Below, piece by piece: positions 9,797 through 17,549 of a DNA stretch of 32,000 bases (within the stretch, counting starts at the first letter, position 1; every line of letters begins with the position of its first letter). A program made the position numbers and the translations under genes. Origin of the DNA: Desulfobulbus propionicus DSM 2032 (GTDB taxonomy: Bacteria > Desulfobacterota > Desulfobulbia > Desulfobulbales > Desulfobulbaceae). The notes under the pieces are model-generated. The model saw only the letters and a list, made by a program, of their open reading frames with translations, ran no database searches and was not told the DNA's origin. The DNA lies in contig NC_014972.1 of assembly GCF_000186885.1 (NCBI RefSeq), positions 3,510,001 through 3,542,000 of the forward strand. The letters run 5' to 3'.

Positions 9797-10141
9797 ATGT
9801 TGATCATGATCAGAGCCATCATCCGTCCCGAAAAAGCCGACGCCGTCCTCGCCGCCCTCATGGATGCCGGATTTCCCGCAGTAACGAAATATTCTGTCGC
9901 CGGTCGCGGCAAGCAACGCGGCATCAAGATCGGCGAGGTCACTTACGACGAGATCCCCAAGACCATGCTGATGAGCGTCATCAACGAAGAAGACAAGGAG
10001 TTCGTCATCAACACCATCATTAACACCGCCCGTTCCGGGGCCAAGGGGGCCTTCGGCGACGGCAAGATCTTCGTCAGCGACGTCGAGTGCGCCTACACCA
10101 TCAGCTCCGGCGTCAAGGAAGGCGCGGAGGTGGCGGCATGA
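9797..10141 (+). CDS. nifI1: PII-family nitrogenase regulator NifI1
   Basis: GlnB-like protein (MLIMIRAIIRPEKADAVLAALMDAGFPAVTKYSVAGRGKQRGIKIGEVTYDEIPKTMLMSVI..) between nifH and nifI2/nifD, the usual place for nifI genes. Confidence 0.93.
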   Translation: MLIMIRAIIRPEKADAVLAALMDAGFPAVTKYSVAGRGKQRGIKIGEVTYDEIPKTMLMSVINEEDKEFVINTIINTARSGAKGAFGDGKIFVSDVECAYTISSGVKEGAEVAA

Positions 10142-10512
10142 AAGAGGTGATCGCCATTGTGCGCATGAACATGATGAACCAGACCAAGAAGGCCCTGACC
10201 GCGGCCGGGGTGGATGCGTTTTTCGCCCATGAGGCCACGGGCCGGGGCAAAGGGTTCGTCAACCCCCAGGTCCTCTCCGGCGCCGAGGAAGGGTATGAAG
10301 AGGCCGCCTCGCTGCTCGGCGAGAAGGGCAAGCTCTATCCCAAGCGGGTGATCACCATTGTCGTCGATGACGACCTTGTCGACACCGTGGTCGACACCCT
10401 GATCACCACCAACAAGACGGGCAAACCGGGCGACGGCAAGGTATTCGTGCTGCCGATCAAGGATTCCGTCCGGGTACGAACGGGCGAAGCCGGAATCAAA
10501 TCGATCTCGTAA
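10138..10512 (+). CDS. nifI2: PII-family nitrogenase regulator NifI2
   Basis: MKEVIAIVRMNMMNQTKKALTAAGVDAFFAHEATGRGKGFVN...PKRVITIVVDDDLVDTVVDTLITTNKTGKPGDGKVFVLPI; start overlaps nifI1 stop (ATGA). Confidence 0.93.
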   Translation: MKEVIAIVRMNMMNQTKKALTAAGVDAFFAHEATGRGKGFVNPQVLSGAEEGYEEAASLLGEKGKLYPKRVITIVVDDDLVDTVVDTLITTNKTGKPGDGKVFVLPIKDSVRVRTGEAGIKSIS

Positions 10513-10532
10513 CAGCCTAAGGAGAATACAAC

Positions 10533-12170
10533 ATGGCAACGGCAAAGAAAAAGCTCGTTCAGTGGGAACCCACGGACATCAAGAAAGAGCTGCTCAAGAA
10601 ATATCCGGCCAAGGTAGCCCGCAAGCGGGCCAAACAGATCCTGATCAACGAGGCCCTGGAAAACACCACCCCGGAGATCACCGCCAACGTGCGCACCATC
10701 CCCGGCATCATCACCATGCGCGGCTGCACCTACGCCGGCTGCAAGGGCGTGATCATGGGCCCGACCCGCGACATCGTCAACCTGGTGCACGGGCCGATCG
10801 GCTGCAGCTTTTATGCCTGGCTGACCCGGCGCAACCAGACCGACGCCGGGGTCGACGGCGAGAACTACATGCCCTACTGCTTCTCCACCGACATGCAGGA
10901 TTCGGACATCATCTTCGGCGGCGAGAAGAAACTGGCGGCGGCCATCCAGGAGGTCTACGACCTGTTCCACCCCAAGGCGATCACCATCTTCGCCACCTGT
11001 CCGGTGGGGCTGATCGGCGACGACATCCACACCGTTGCCCGCACCATGAAGGAAAAACTGGGCGACTGCAACGTCTTTGCCTTCAGCTGCGAGGGCTACA
11101 AGGGCGTGAGTCAGTCGGCCGGCCACCACATCGCCAACAACCAGGTGTTCACCCACATGGTCGGCGAGAACAACGAACCGAAAGAGGGCGAGTACAAGAT
11201 CAACCTGCTGGGCGAGTACAACATCGGCGGCGACGGTTTCGAGATCGACCGGATCCTGCGCAAGTGCGGCATCACCACCATCTCGACCTTCTCCGGCAAC
11301 TCGACCTACGACCAGTTCGCCAGCGCCCACATGGCCGATTTGAGTTGCGTCATGTGCCATCGCTCGATCAACTACGTGGCCGACATGATGGAAATCAAGT
11401 TCGGCATCCCGTGGATCAAGGTCAACTTCATCGGTGCCAAGTCGACCGCCAAGTCGCTGCGCAAGATCGCCGAGTACTTCGGCGAGCAGAAACTGATCGA
11501 CCGGGTGGAGGCGGTGATCGCCGAGGAGATGCCCCAGGTGGAGGCGGTGCGCCAGGATGTGCTGCCGCGCACCACCGGCAAGACGGCCATGCTCTTTGTC
11601 GGCGGCAGCCGGGCCCATCACTACCAGGATCTGTTTAGCGAAATGGGCATGAAGACCCTTTCCGCCGGGTATGAGTTCGCTCACCGCGACGACTACGAGG
11701 GACGCCACGTCATCCCCCATCTCAAGGTGGATGCCGACAGCCGCAACATCGAGGAAATCGAGGTCGAGGCCGATCCCAAACGTTACCGGCCGCGCAAGAC
11801 CGAGGCGGAACTACAGGCCCTGGCAGCCCAGGGCTTCACATTCAAGGAGTACGATGGCATCCTTCCGGACATGGAAGCCGGCACCCTGGTCATCGACGAT
11901 CTCAACCAGTACGAGGCGGAAAAACTGGTGGAACTGATGCAGCCGGATATCTTCTGCGCCGGCATCAAGGAGAAGTTTTCCATCCAGAAGCTGGGCGTGC
12001 CGATGAAACAGCTGCACAGCTACGACTCCGGCGGACCCTATGCCGGATTCAAGGGCGCGGTCAACTTCTACAGGGAGATCGATCGGCTGGTCAACAGCAA
12101 GGTGTGGGGATACATGAAGGCCCCCTGGCAGGAAAACCCGGAACTCTCGGCCACCTACGTGTGGGAATAA
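10533..12170 (+). CDS. nifD: Nitrogenase molybdenum-iron protein alpha chain NifD (long form)
   Basis: GCTYAGCKGVIMGPTRDIVNLVHGPIGCSFYAWLTRRN; YCFSTDMQDSDIIFGGEKKLAAAI; ATCPVGLIGDDI; HSYDSGGPYAGFKGAVNFYREIDRLVN. Length of 545 aa with nifI1/nifI2 upstream suggests a group II/III NifD. Confidence 0.96.
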   Translation: MATAKKKLVQWEPTDIKKELLKKYPAKVARKRAKQILINEALENTTPEITANVRTIPGIITMRGCTYAGCKGVIMGPTRDIVNLVHGPIGCSFYAWLTRRNQTDAGVDGENYMPYCFSTDMQDSDIIFGGEKKLAAAIQEVYDLFHPKAITIFATCPVGLIGDDIHTVARTMKEKLGDCNVFAFSCEGYKGVSQSAGHHIANNQVFTHMVGENNEPKEGEYKINLLGEYNIGGDGFEIDRILRKCGITTISTFSGNSTYDQFASAHMADLSCVMCHRSINYVADMMEIKFGIPWIKVNFIGAKSTAKSLRKIAEYFGEQKLIDRVEAVIAEEMPQVEAVRQDVLPRTTGKTAMLFVGGSRAHHYQDLFSEMGMKTLSAGYEFAHRDDYEGRHVIPHLKVDADSRNIEEIEVEADPKRYRPRKTEAELQALAAQGFTFKEYDGILPDMEAGTLVIDDLNQYEAEKLVELMQPDIFCAGIKEKFSIQKLGVPMKQLHSYDSGGPYAGFKGAVNFYREIDRLVNSKVWGYMKAPWQENPELSATYVWE

Positions 12171-12194
12171 CGCAACAACCAAGAGGGTAGAACA

Positions 12195-13568
12195 ATGCTC
12201 CTACGACATACACCCAAGGAAATCAACGAGCGCAGCGCCGTGACCATCAATCCGGCCAAGACCTGCCAGCCCATCGGCGCCATGTACGCGGCACTGGGCA
12301 TCCATGGCTGTCTCCCCCACAGCCATGGATCCCAGGGCTGCTGTGCCTACCACCGCAGCGCCCTGACCCGGCACTACAAAGAGCCGGTCTCGGCCGCCAC
12401 CAGCTCCTTTACCGAAGGATCCTCGGTGTTCGGGGGCCAGGCCAATCTGCTGCAGGCGATCAACAACATCTTTACCGTCTACAACCCGGACGTCATTGCG
12501 GTGCACACCACCTGTCTGTCGGAGACCATCGGCGACGACCTCAACCAGATCTTTGACAAGGCCCGGAAAGAGGGCACTGTGCCGGCGGGCAAGACCCTGG
12601 TCGGGGCCTCCACGCCGAGCTACGTCGGCTCGCATGTGACCGGCTTTGCCAACATGGTCAAGGCCATGGCCGACCTGGCTGAACCCACCGGCAAGAAGAA
12701 CGGCAAGGTCAACGTCATCCCCGGCTGGGTGGAACCCTCGGACATGGAAGAGATCAAGCGGCTGGCCAAGTTGGTGGGCGCGGACATCACCCTGTTCCCG
12801 GATACCTCCGGCGTGCTCAATGGCCCGCTGTCCGGCGAGTACCACATGTTTCCCCAGGGCGGCGTCACCGTGGCCGAACTCAAGGGCTGCGGTGATGCCA
12901 TCGGTACCCTGGCGCTGGGCGACTGGTGCTCGGCCGATGCCGCCCGATTGCTCGACACCAAGCACAAGGTGCCCTGCCGCATTCTCGACATGCCTTACGG
13001 ACTCAAGGCCACCGACCGGTTCATCGACGCCCTGCGCATTATCAGCGGCACCGTGGTTCCGGATGAAGTGTCGTACGAGCGCGGCCAGCTGGTCGACCTG
13101 ATCTCGGACATGCACCAGTACTTCTACCACAAGAAGGTGGCGTTGTTCGGCGACCCCGATCAGTTGATCAGCATGACCGAGTTTCTGGTGTCCATCGACA
13201 TGTGCCCGGTGCATATTGTCACCGGTACGCCCGGCAAGCGGTTCGAGCGACGGATCAAGGAACTGACCAAGGATTCCCCTTTCCCGGTCAATGTCCGCGC
13301 CAAAGGCGACCTGTTCCTCCTGCACCAGTGGATCAAGAACGAGCCGGTGGACCTGCTGATTGGCAACACCTACGGCAAGTACATCGCCCGCGACGAGGAC
13401 ATCCCCTTCATCCGCTGGGGCTTCCCGATCCTGGATCGGCAGGGGCATCAGTACTTCCCGACCGTCGGCTACAAAGGCGGTCTGCGCTTCCTCGAAAAGG
13501 TGCTGAACGCCCTCCTGGATCGGCAGGACCGGGATGCGCCGGAAGAGAAGTTCGAACTGGTCTATTAA
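12195..13568 (+). CDS. nifK: Nitrogenase molybdenum-iron protein beta chain NifK (short form)
   Basis: NPAKTCQPIGAMYAALGIHGCLPHSHGSQGCCAYHRSALTRHYKEP; TTCLSETIGDDL; VHIVTGTPGKRFERRIKEL; GNTYGKYIARDEDIPFIRWGFPILDR. Confidence 0.96.
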   Translation: MLLRHTPKEINERSAVTINPAKTCQPIGAMYAALGIHGCLPHSHGSQGCCAYHRSALTRHYKEPVSAATSSFTEGSSVFGGQANLLQAINNIFTVYNPDVIAVHTTCLSETIGDDLNQIFDKARKEGTVPAGKTLVGASTPSYVGSHVTGFANMVKAMADLAEPTGKKNGKVNVIPGWVEPSDMEEIKRLAKLVGADITLFPDTSGVLNGPLSGEYHMFPQGGVTVAELKGCGDAIGTLALGDWCSADAARLLDTKHKVPCRILDMPYGLKATDRFIDALRIISGTVVPDEVSYERGQLVDLISDMHQYFYHKKVALFGDPDQLISMTEFLVSIDMCPVHIVTGTPGKRFERRIKELTKDSPFPVNVRAKGDLFLLHQWIKNEPVDLLIGNTYGKYIARDEDIPFIRWGFPILDRQGHQYFPTVGYKGGLRFLEKVLNALLDRQDRDAPEEKFELVY

Positions 13569-13578
13569 CCACCAACAG

Positions 13579-13612
13579 TCCGGCGGAGGGTTCCTCCTTG
13601 TCCCCCGCCGGA
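13579..13612 (+). promoter_or_regulatory. Intercistronic hairpin between nifK and the NifB-like gene
   Basis: TCCGGCGG (13579-13586) is the exact reverse complement of CCGCCGGA (13605-13612); no T-tract directly downstream. Confidence 0.5.
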
Positions 13613-13644
13613 TTCTTCGTCTTTCAACCCACGGGTCGACCATC

Positions 13645-14826
13645 ATGCCTGTTATCCCCATCTCCAGCGCCCCCGGCTTTGCCGCCCAGACCGGCGACCC
13701 GGCCATCCCATCCCTACGACTGCCAGTCGCCCCCTTGGCCTTCTGCCGCATGCGCCACGCACCGGAAAGCAAAGCCGGCCCGGCGTTGAGCGCGGCAGAC
13801 GTATTGGCTGAAGTGGACCGCCGTCAAGGTGTGACGCAGGTCGAGCTGAACGGTCCCGGCGATCCCTTGGCCTCGATGCCAACAACCCTGGCGACCGTGG
13901 CCCTGCTCAGGCAGCATTACCCGGACCTGATCATCGGTCTGGCCACGATTGGCCTCGGCGCGGCCGCGCACGCTGCCGAACTGGCGGCGGCCGGGGTGAG
14001 CAAGGTGACCCTTTTGATTGAAACCCTGGACGCGGCCACGGCGGAGCAGCTCTACGCCTGGATCCGCCCCGGCAAGAAAACGCTCCCGCTGGGGGAGGTG
14101 GTGCCGTTTGTGCTGGAGGAACAGGCCAGGGCGGTTCCGGCCCTGGCTGACGCTGGTCTGTCGGTGACGGTCCGCACCACGGTCTGCCCCGGCCTCAATG
14201 CCCACCAGATCGTCACCATCGCGGAAACCATGGCCGAACTGGGCGCAACGGCCATGGAGCTGGTTCCCTTGATGGCCGATCCGCAGCAGGACAAGACCCC
14301 GGGCATGCCGACCCGGGTGCACATGGAGCAGATCGCCAACCTGACCAGCCGCTTCTTGCCGACCAGGTTCCAGCAGGTGGAAACGGATGCCTGTGGTTGC
14401 GACTGCGGCCCGCGCTGCGGCACCGGCGGCTCCTGCGGTTGCGGAGCCAAACCCGTTGCCCAGGCCCCGCTCCCCAAGCCGAGCAGCGAGCGTCCCCGGG
14501 TGGCGGTGGCCAGTGCCACCGGCATGGAGGTCGATCTTCACCTGGGACAGGCCAAGACGCTGCTGGTGTATGGTCCGCGCGAAGACGGACTCGTCTGTCT
14601 TCAGGAAATCCGCCAGGCCCCGGAACCGGGCAGTGGCGAATCGCGCTGGGAACAGTTGGCCGACACCCTGCACGACTGCTTTGCCCTGCTGGCGGCCAGC
14701 GCCGGCCAGCGGCCACGGGAAGTGCTTGCAGGGCGCGGCATCCGGGTCCTCCTCACCGAGGAGAATATCGAGGGCACGGTGGATGTGCTCTACGGCGGCG
14801 GAAAAGGTCAAACATGTAAACGATGA
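13645..14826 (+). CDS. NifB-like protein (radical-SAM-like barrel plus NifX/NifB-C-type domain) lacking the canonical CxxxCxxC motif
   Basis: RLPVAPLAFCRMRHAPES occupies the place of the NifB cluster-binding loop; ELNGPGDPLASMPTTLATVALLRQHYPDLIIGLATIGLG.. and AWIRPGKKTLPLGEVVPFVLEEQARAVPALADAGLSVTVRTTVCPGLNAHQIVTIAETMAELGATAMELVPLMADP follow NifB layout; C-terminal RPRVAVASATGMEVDLHLGQAKTLLVYG is NifX/NifB-C-like. Start at ATG 13645 within ORF 13534-14826. Confidence 0.8.
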   Translation: MPVIPISSAPGFAAQTGDPAIPSLRLPVAPLAFCRMRHAPESKAGPALSAADVLAEVDRRQGVTQVELNGPGDPLASMPTTLATVALLRQHYPDLIIGLATIGLGAAAHAAELAAAGVSKVTLLIETLDAATAEQLYAWIRPGKKTLPLGEVVPFVLEEQARAVPALADAGLSVTVRTTVCPGLNAHQIVTIAETMAELGATAMELVPLMADPQQDKTPGMPTRVHMEQIANLTSRFLPTRFQQVETDACGCDCGPRCGTGGSCGCGAKPVAQAPLPKPSSERPRVAVASATGMEVDLHLGQAKTLLVYGPREDGLVCLQEIRQAPEPGSGESRWEQLADTLHDCFALLAASAGQRPREVLAGRGIRVLLTEENIEGTVDVLYGGGKGQTCKR

Positions 14827-14868
14827 AAACTGCACAACGCATCTGAATCATAACGAAAGGAAGACACC

Positions 14869-15171
14869 ATGGCTATCCCCGAACAACAAATCCTCGTCTG
14901 TCAGAGTTTCCGCACCAAGGGCGATCCCAAGGGTATCTGCCACAAACAGACCGACGGCTTTCTGCAGTACATTGAAGAAGAGATCCTCGATCGCGGCCTG
15001 GACGTGCAGGTCATTGCCACGGGCTGTCTCAAGCAGTGCGAGAACGGCCCGGTGCTGGTGGTGCAGCCGCAGAACTGGTGGTTCAAGGGTGTGACCAGCA
15101 CCGGGATCATCGACGCCATCCTCGACGGTATCGAGGACGGCGAACCGGCCGCCGATTATCTGATCGAGTAG
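14869..15171 (+). CDS. Thioredoxin-like [2Fe-2S] ferredoxin (2FeCpFd-type)
   Basis: ILVCQSFRTKGDPKGICHKQ...ATGCLKQCENGPVLVVQPQNWWFKGV; four Cys at positions 11, 24, 53, 57 as in nif-associated [2Fe-2S] ferredoxins. Confidence 0.88.
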   Translation: MAIPEQQILVCQSFRTKGDPKGICHKQTDGFLQYIEEEILDRGLDVQVIATGCLKQCENGPVLVVQPQNWWFKGVTSTGIIDAILDGIEDGEPAADYLIE

Positions 15172-15193
15172 AACAGCGGCAGGGAACACGTCC

Positions 15194-15646
15194 ATGACCT
15201 TCGTGCGCACCGCCAGGCCGCAGGATCTGGAGCATTTGGTGGAGTTGCTCCGGCTGCTGTTCGCCATTGAAGAGGATTTCAACGTCAACGCCGACAAGCA
15301 GCGCCAGGGGCTGGCTCTGGTCCTCGACGACGAGCGCAGCCGTGTGCTGGTGGCAGAGGTGCACGGAAAGGTTGTCGGCATGTGTACCGGCCAGCTGGTC
15401 ATTTCCACGGCCGAGGGCGGTCCGGCCGTGTTGGTCGAGGACGTGGTGGTCGATCCCGGGCATCGGGGCCAGGGCATCGGACGTGCCCTGCTGGACGCCC
15501 TGGCCACCTGGGCGCGGAACCAGGGGGCCAGCCGAATGCAGCTCCTGGCCGATACCAATAATAGGCCGGCTCTGGTCTTTTACGACCGGCGGGGCTGGCA
15601 ACGGACCGCGTTGATCTGCCTGCGGCGGCACCTATCCGGCATTTGA
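15194..15646 (+). CDS. GNAT-family N-acetyltransferase
   Basis: VAEVHGKVVGMCTGQLVIS..GGPAVLVEDVVVDPGHRGQGIGRALLDALATWARNQGASRMQLLADTNNRPALVFYDRRGWQRT: canonical GNAT motif A with RGxG. Confidence 0.92.
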   Translation: MTFVRTARPQDLEHLVELLRLLFAIEEDFNVNADKQRQGLALVLDDERSRVLVAEVHGKVVGMCTGQLVISTAEGGPAVLVEDVVVDPGHRGQGIGRALLDALATWARNQGASRMQLLADTNNRPALVFYDRRGWQRTALICLRRHLSGI

Positions 15647-15679
15647 AACGCACGCATCCATCGTGCACAGGAGAATCCC

Positions 15680-16123
15680 ATGGCTCCCTTTCTCCCTCCC
15701 GCCCTGGTGGGCTTGAGCGACATCCGCACCCAGGCCATCGAGGACTGGCAGCAGTACAAGCTCGAAGGAGAACAGTTTCTCCGTCTGGCCGAAACAGCCT
15801 TTCGCAAAAAGAAAAAAAACTTCACCACCGAAATCCTCTACAATCTCATCGCCATGGCCATCGAAAAACTGGTGATGAGCGCGCTCATGGAGATCGGCCG
15901 CCTGCCCTACAACCACACCATGCACGACCTGGTCGATGCCCTGGAACAGTGGCTGCCGGACGCGGTCCGCGGCTTGGAGGAATCCATCCGCAACCTGGAC
16001 AGTTACCAGGACATCTGCGATCCGTCTGCGTGGACCGTCAAGGTGCCGACGCCGGCGGAAATCGACATCATGCTCCGAGTGGCGCGACAACTGGAGCAGC
16101 GGCTCGGCGAAGTTTGCCCCTGA
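15680..16123 (+). CDS. HEPN-domain-like protein at the end of the nif operon
   Basis: Helical protein with AFRKKKKNFTTEILYNLIAMAIEKLVMSALMEIGRLPYNHTMHDLVDALE; contains an R-X4-H motif (RLPYNH). Ribosome site CAGGAG upstream. Confidence 0.6.
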   Translation: MAPFLPPALVGLSDIRTQAIEDWQQYKLEGEQFLRLAETAFRKKKKNFTTEILYNLIAMAIEKLVMSALMEIGRLPYNHTMHDLVDALEQWLPDAVRGLEESIRNLDSYQDICDPSAWTVKVPTPAEIDIMLRVARQLEQRLGEVCP

Positions 16124-16150
16124 GCCCGGTTCCGCGCGCAACGGCAAAAA

Positions 16151-16182
16151 AAGAGGGGAGCGGTCCGCACCGCTCCCCTCTT
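16151..16182. terminator. Perfect hairpin between the nif operon and the convergent SNase-like gene
   Basis: AAGAGGGGAGCGG-tccgca-CCGCTCCCCTCTT, 13-bp perfect arms, 6-nt loop; A-tract on left gives a U-tract for the minus-strand transcript. Confidence 0.85.
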
Positions 16183-16288
16183 GTCGAGGCCATTCTCATT
16201 CGCCTTTGCCTTCAAGAGAGCCCGTTCATAAACTGACAACTTGAAAGCGAATTGGAATCAGCTCGTTACCGGTGGTGTCAATTGCCCC

Positions 16289-16774
16289 CTATCGCTTGCC
16301 TGCGCGGCGGAACTCCCAGGGAGGCACCGCGCCCGGCTCGCTCCAGAGCCCGGCCCGCGTGGCCTTGGCGGCCTCTTCCATCTTGACCCATTTTTCGCAG
16401 AAGTCCTCCTTGCAGGAGGGGCGATGCACCCACGCCTGCCCATTGACCACCATCAGTTCGTTGATGTTATCGCCACCAAGAGAAACGATCCCCATTGTCC
16501 GGCCGTTTTTGTCCGCCTTCTTTGGTTCGATATCCACCCGTTCCCCCTTGACGAACGAACCAAGGAACTCCTTGGACTTTTTACCGTAACTTTGCCTCGG
16601 CTCGGGGGCGTCAATACCATAAAGACGAACGCGTTTTTTTTTGTTGTCATGGAGCACGGTGATGGCGTCCCCCTCGTCCACCGACACGACTTTTCCGGAA
16701 TAGGCAAAAGCAGGGGCTTGCATCAACGCCACGACCATGCACAGCAAAAAGAACCATCTCATTATTGTCCACAC
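16289..16774 (-). CDS. Secreted thermonuclease (SNase)-like protein; start possibly 16759
   Basis: Signal-peptide-like MRWFFLLCMVVALMQAPAFA followed by KKRVRLYGIDAPEPRQSYGKKSKEFL and KNGRTMGIVSLGGDNINELMVVNGQAWVH. Confidence 0.9.
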   Translation of the reverse strand: MWTIMRWFFLLCMVVALMQAPAFAYSGKVVSVDEGDAITVLHDNKKKRVRLYGIDAPEPRQSYGKKSKEFLGSFVKGERVDIEPKKADKNGRTMGIVSLGGDNINELMVVNGQAWVHRPSCKEDFCEKWVKMEEAAKATRAGLWSEPGAVPPWEFRRAGKR

Positions 16775-16974
16775 TCCTTATTCATTGCTCACAGAGATTT
16801 CCCCCCTCTTAACCGATTTGCCCCTGGGTTTTCCACGTAAAAATCGACTCCGGCGACAATCCCTTAACCATCCGGATAATCAGCCGATATTTAAATATTT
16901 TTGCCCGCATCGGGACGACTCGAACTAAACCGGCGACGCACCGCACCGCATGACCACTCGTGGTGTTTTTACCT

Positions 16975-16998
16975 ATTTTTCCGATATGCCGGAAAAAT
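16975..16998. promoter_or_regulatory. Perfect intergenic inverted repeat
   Basis: ATTTTTCCG-atatgc-CGGAAAAAT, 9-bp arms, 6-nt spacer, between divergent SNase-like and PEP-CTERM genes. Confidence 0.5.
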
Positions 16999-17120
16999 CG
17001 CACGAATTGTTCGGTTTTTCGAAAAAACAAACCAGCCTGTTCCGGCACGCCGAAACCTCAACGACAAATACAGGTTCTAATTTATTGAATTATATTGATA
17101 TTTTTTTCATGAACACATTC

Positions 17121-17136
17121 TGGAGCGCATATTGCA
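17121..17136 (+). promoter_or_regulatory. Candidate sigma54 promoter upstream of the PEP-CTERM gene
   Basis: TGGAGCGCATATTGCA: GG-N10-GC spacing exact and -12 (TTGCA) is consensus; -24 deviates (TGGAGC versus TGGCAC). Confidence 0.5.
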
Positions 17137-17208
17137 TACTCCAAAGTAATCAAAGCAACGTTGCCACCACCCCATACAAGGATCAGGCACAACGAAGGCA
17201 GGTGGAAT

Positions 17209-17424
17209 ATGAAGTGGATTATCGGGATGAGTTGTTTAGTGGGCTCCCTGTTGCTGGCGGCAACAGGTTCGGAAAGTGCGATTTTTCATGCCGCGGGTGT
17301 CTCTGAGATTCTGCACCGTGGCGACATCATGCGGTTGCATCAGGTGCCGGAACCGGCAACCATGTTTCTTTTGGGAACCGGCTTGATCGGCTTGTCCGCG
17401 ATCATCAGGAAGAAGATGCGGTAA
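17209..17424 (+). CDS. Very small PEP-CTERM sorting-signal protein (71 aa)
   Basis: Signal peptide MKWIIGMSCLVGSLLLAATGSESA and terminal VPEPATMFLLGTGLIGLSAIIRKKMR (PEP-CTERM motif, TM, basic tail). Confidence 0.88.
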   Translation: MKWIIGMSCLVGSLLLAATGSESAIFHAAGVSEILHRGDIMRLHQVPEPATMFLLGTGLIGLSAIIRKKMR

Positions 17425-17454
17425 CCGGTTGCAGCCGGGGAGATGCATGCCGAG

Positions 17455-17482
17455 GCAGGGCCGAACAGGTCCTGCTTTTTTT
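17455..17482 (+). terminator. Rho-independent terminator after the PEP-CTERM gene
   Basis: GCAGGGCC-gaaca-GGTCCTGC (8 bp with one G.U) followed by seven T. Confidence 0.8.
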
Positions 17483-17549
17483 GTCCACGGGAAACGCTCC
17501 GCCTTCTCCCTCGACATTCCCGCTGAAAACTAGACAGCAAACACACCAC

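Noticed and set aside
12201-13772. 523 aa minus-strand ORF opposite nifK, and similarly 10335..11720 opposite nifD and 8798..9916 opposite nifH
   Set aside because: Antisense shadow ORFs in high-GC sequence directly opposite unambiguous nif genes; low-complexity, His/Arg/Ala/Gly-rich translations without motifs.
16241-16840. Plus-strand ORF opposite the SNase-like gene
   Set aside because: Shadow ORF; the minus-strand translation has a signal peptide and SNase motifs.
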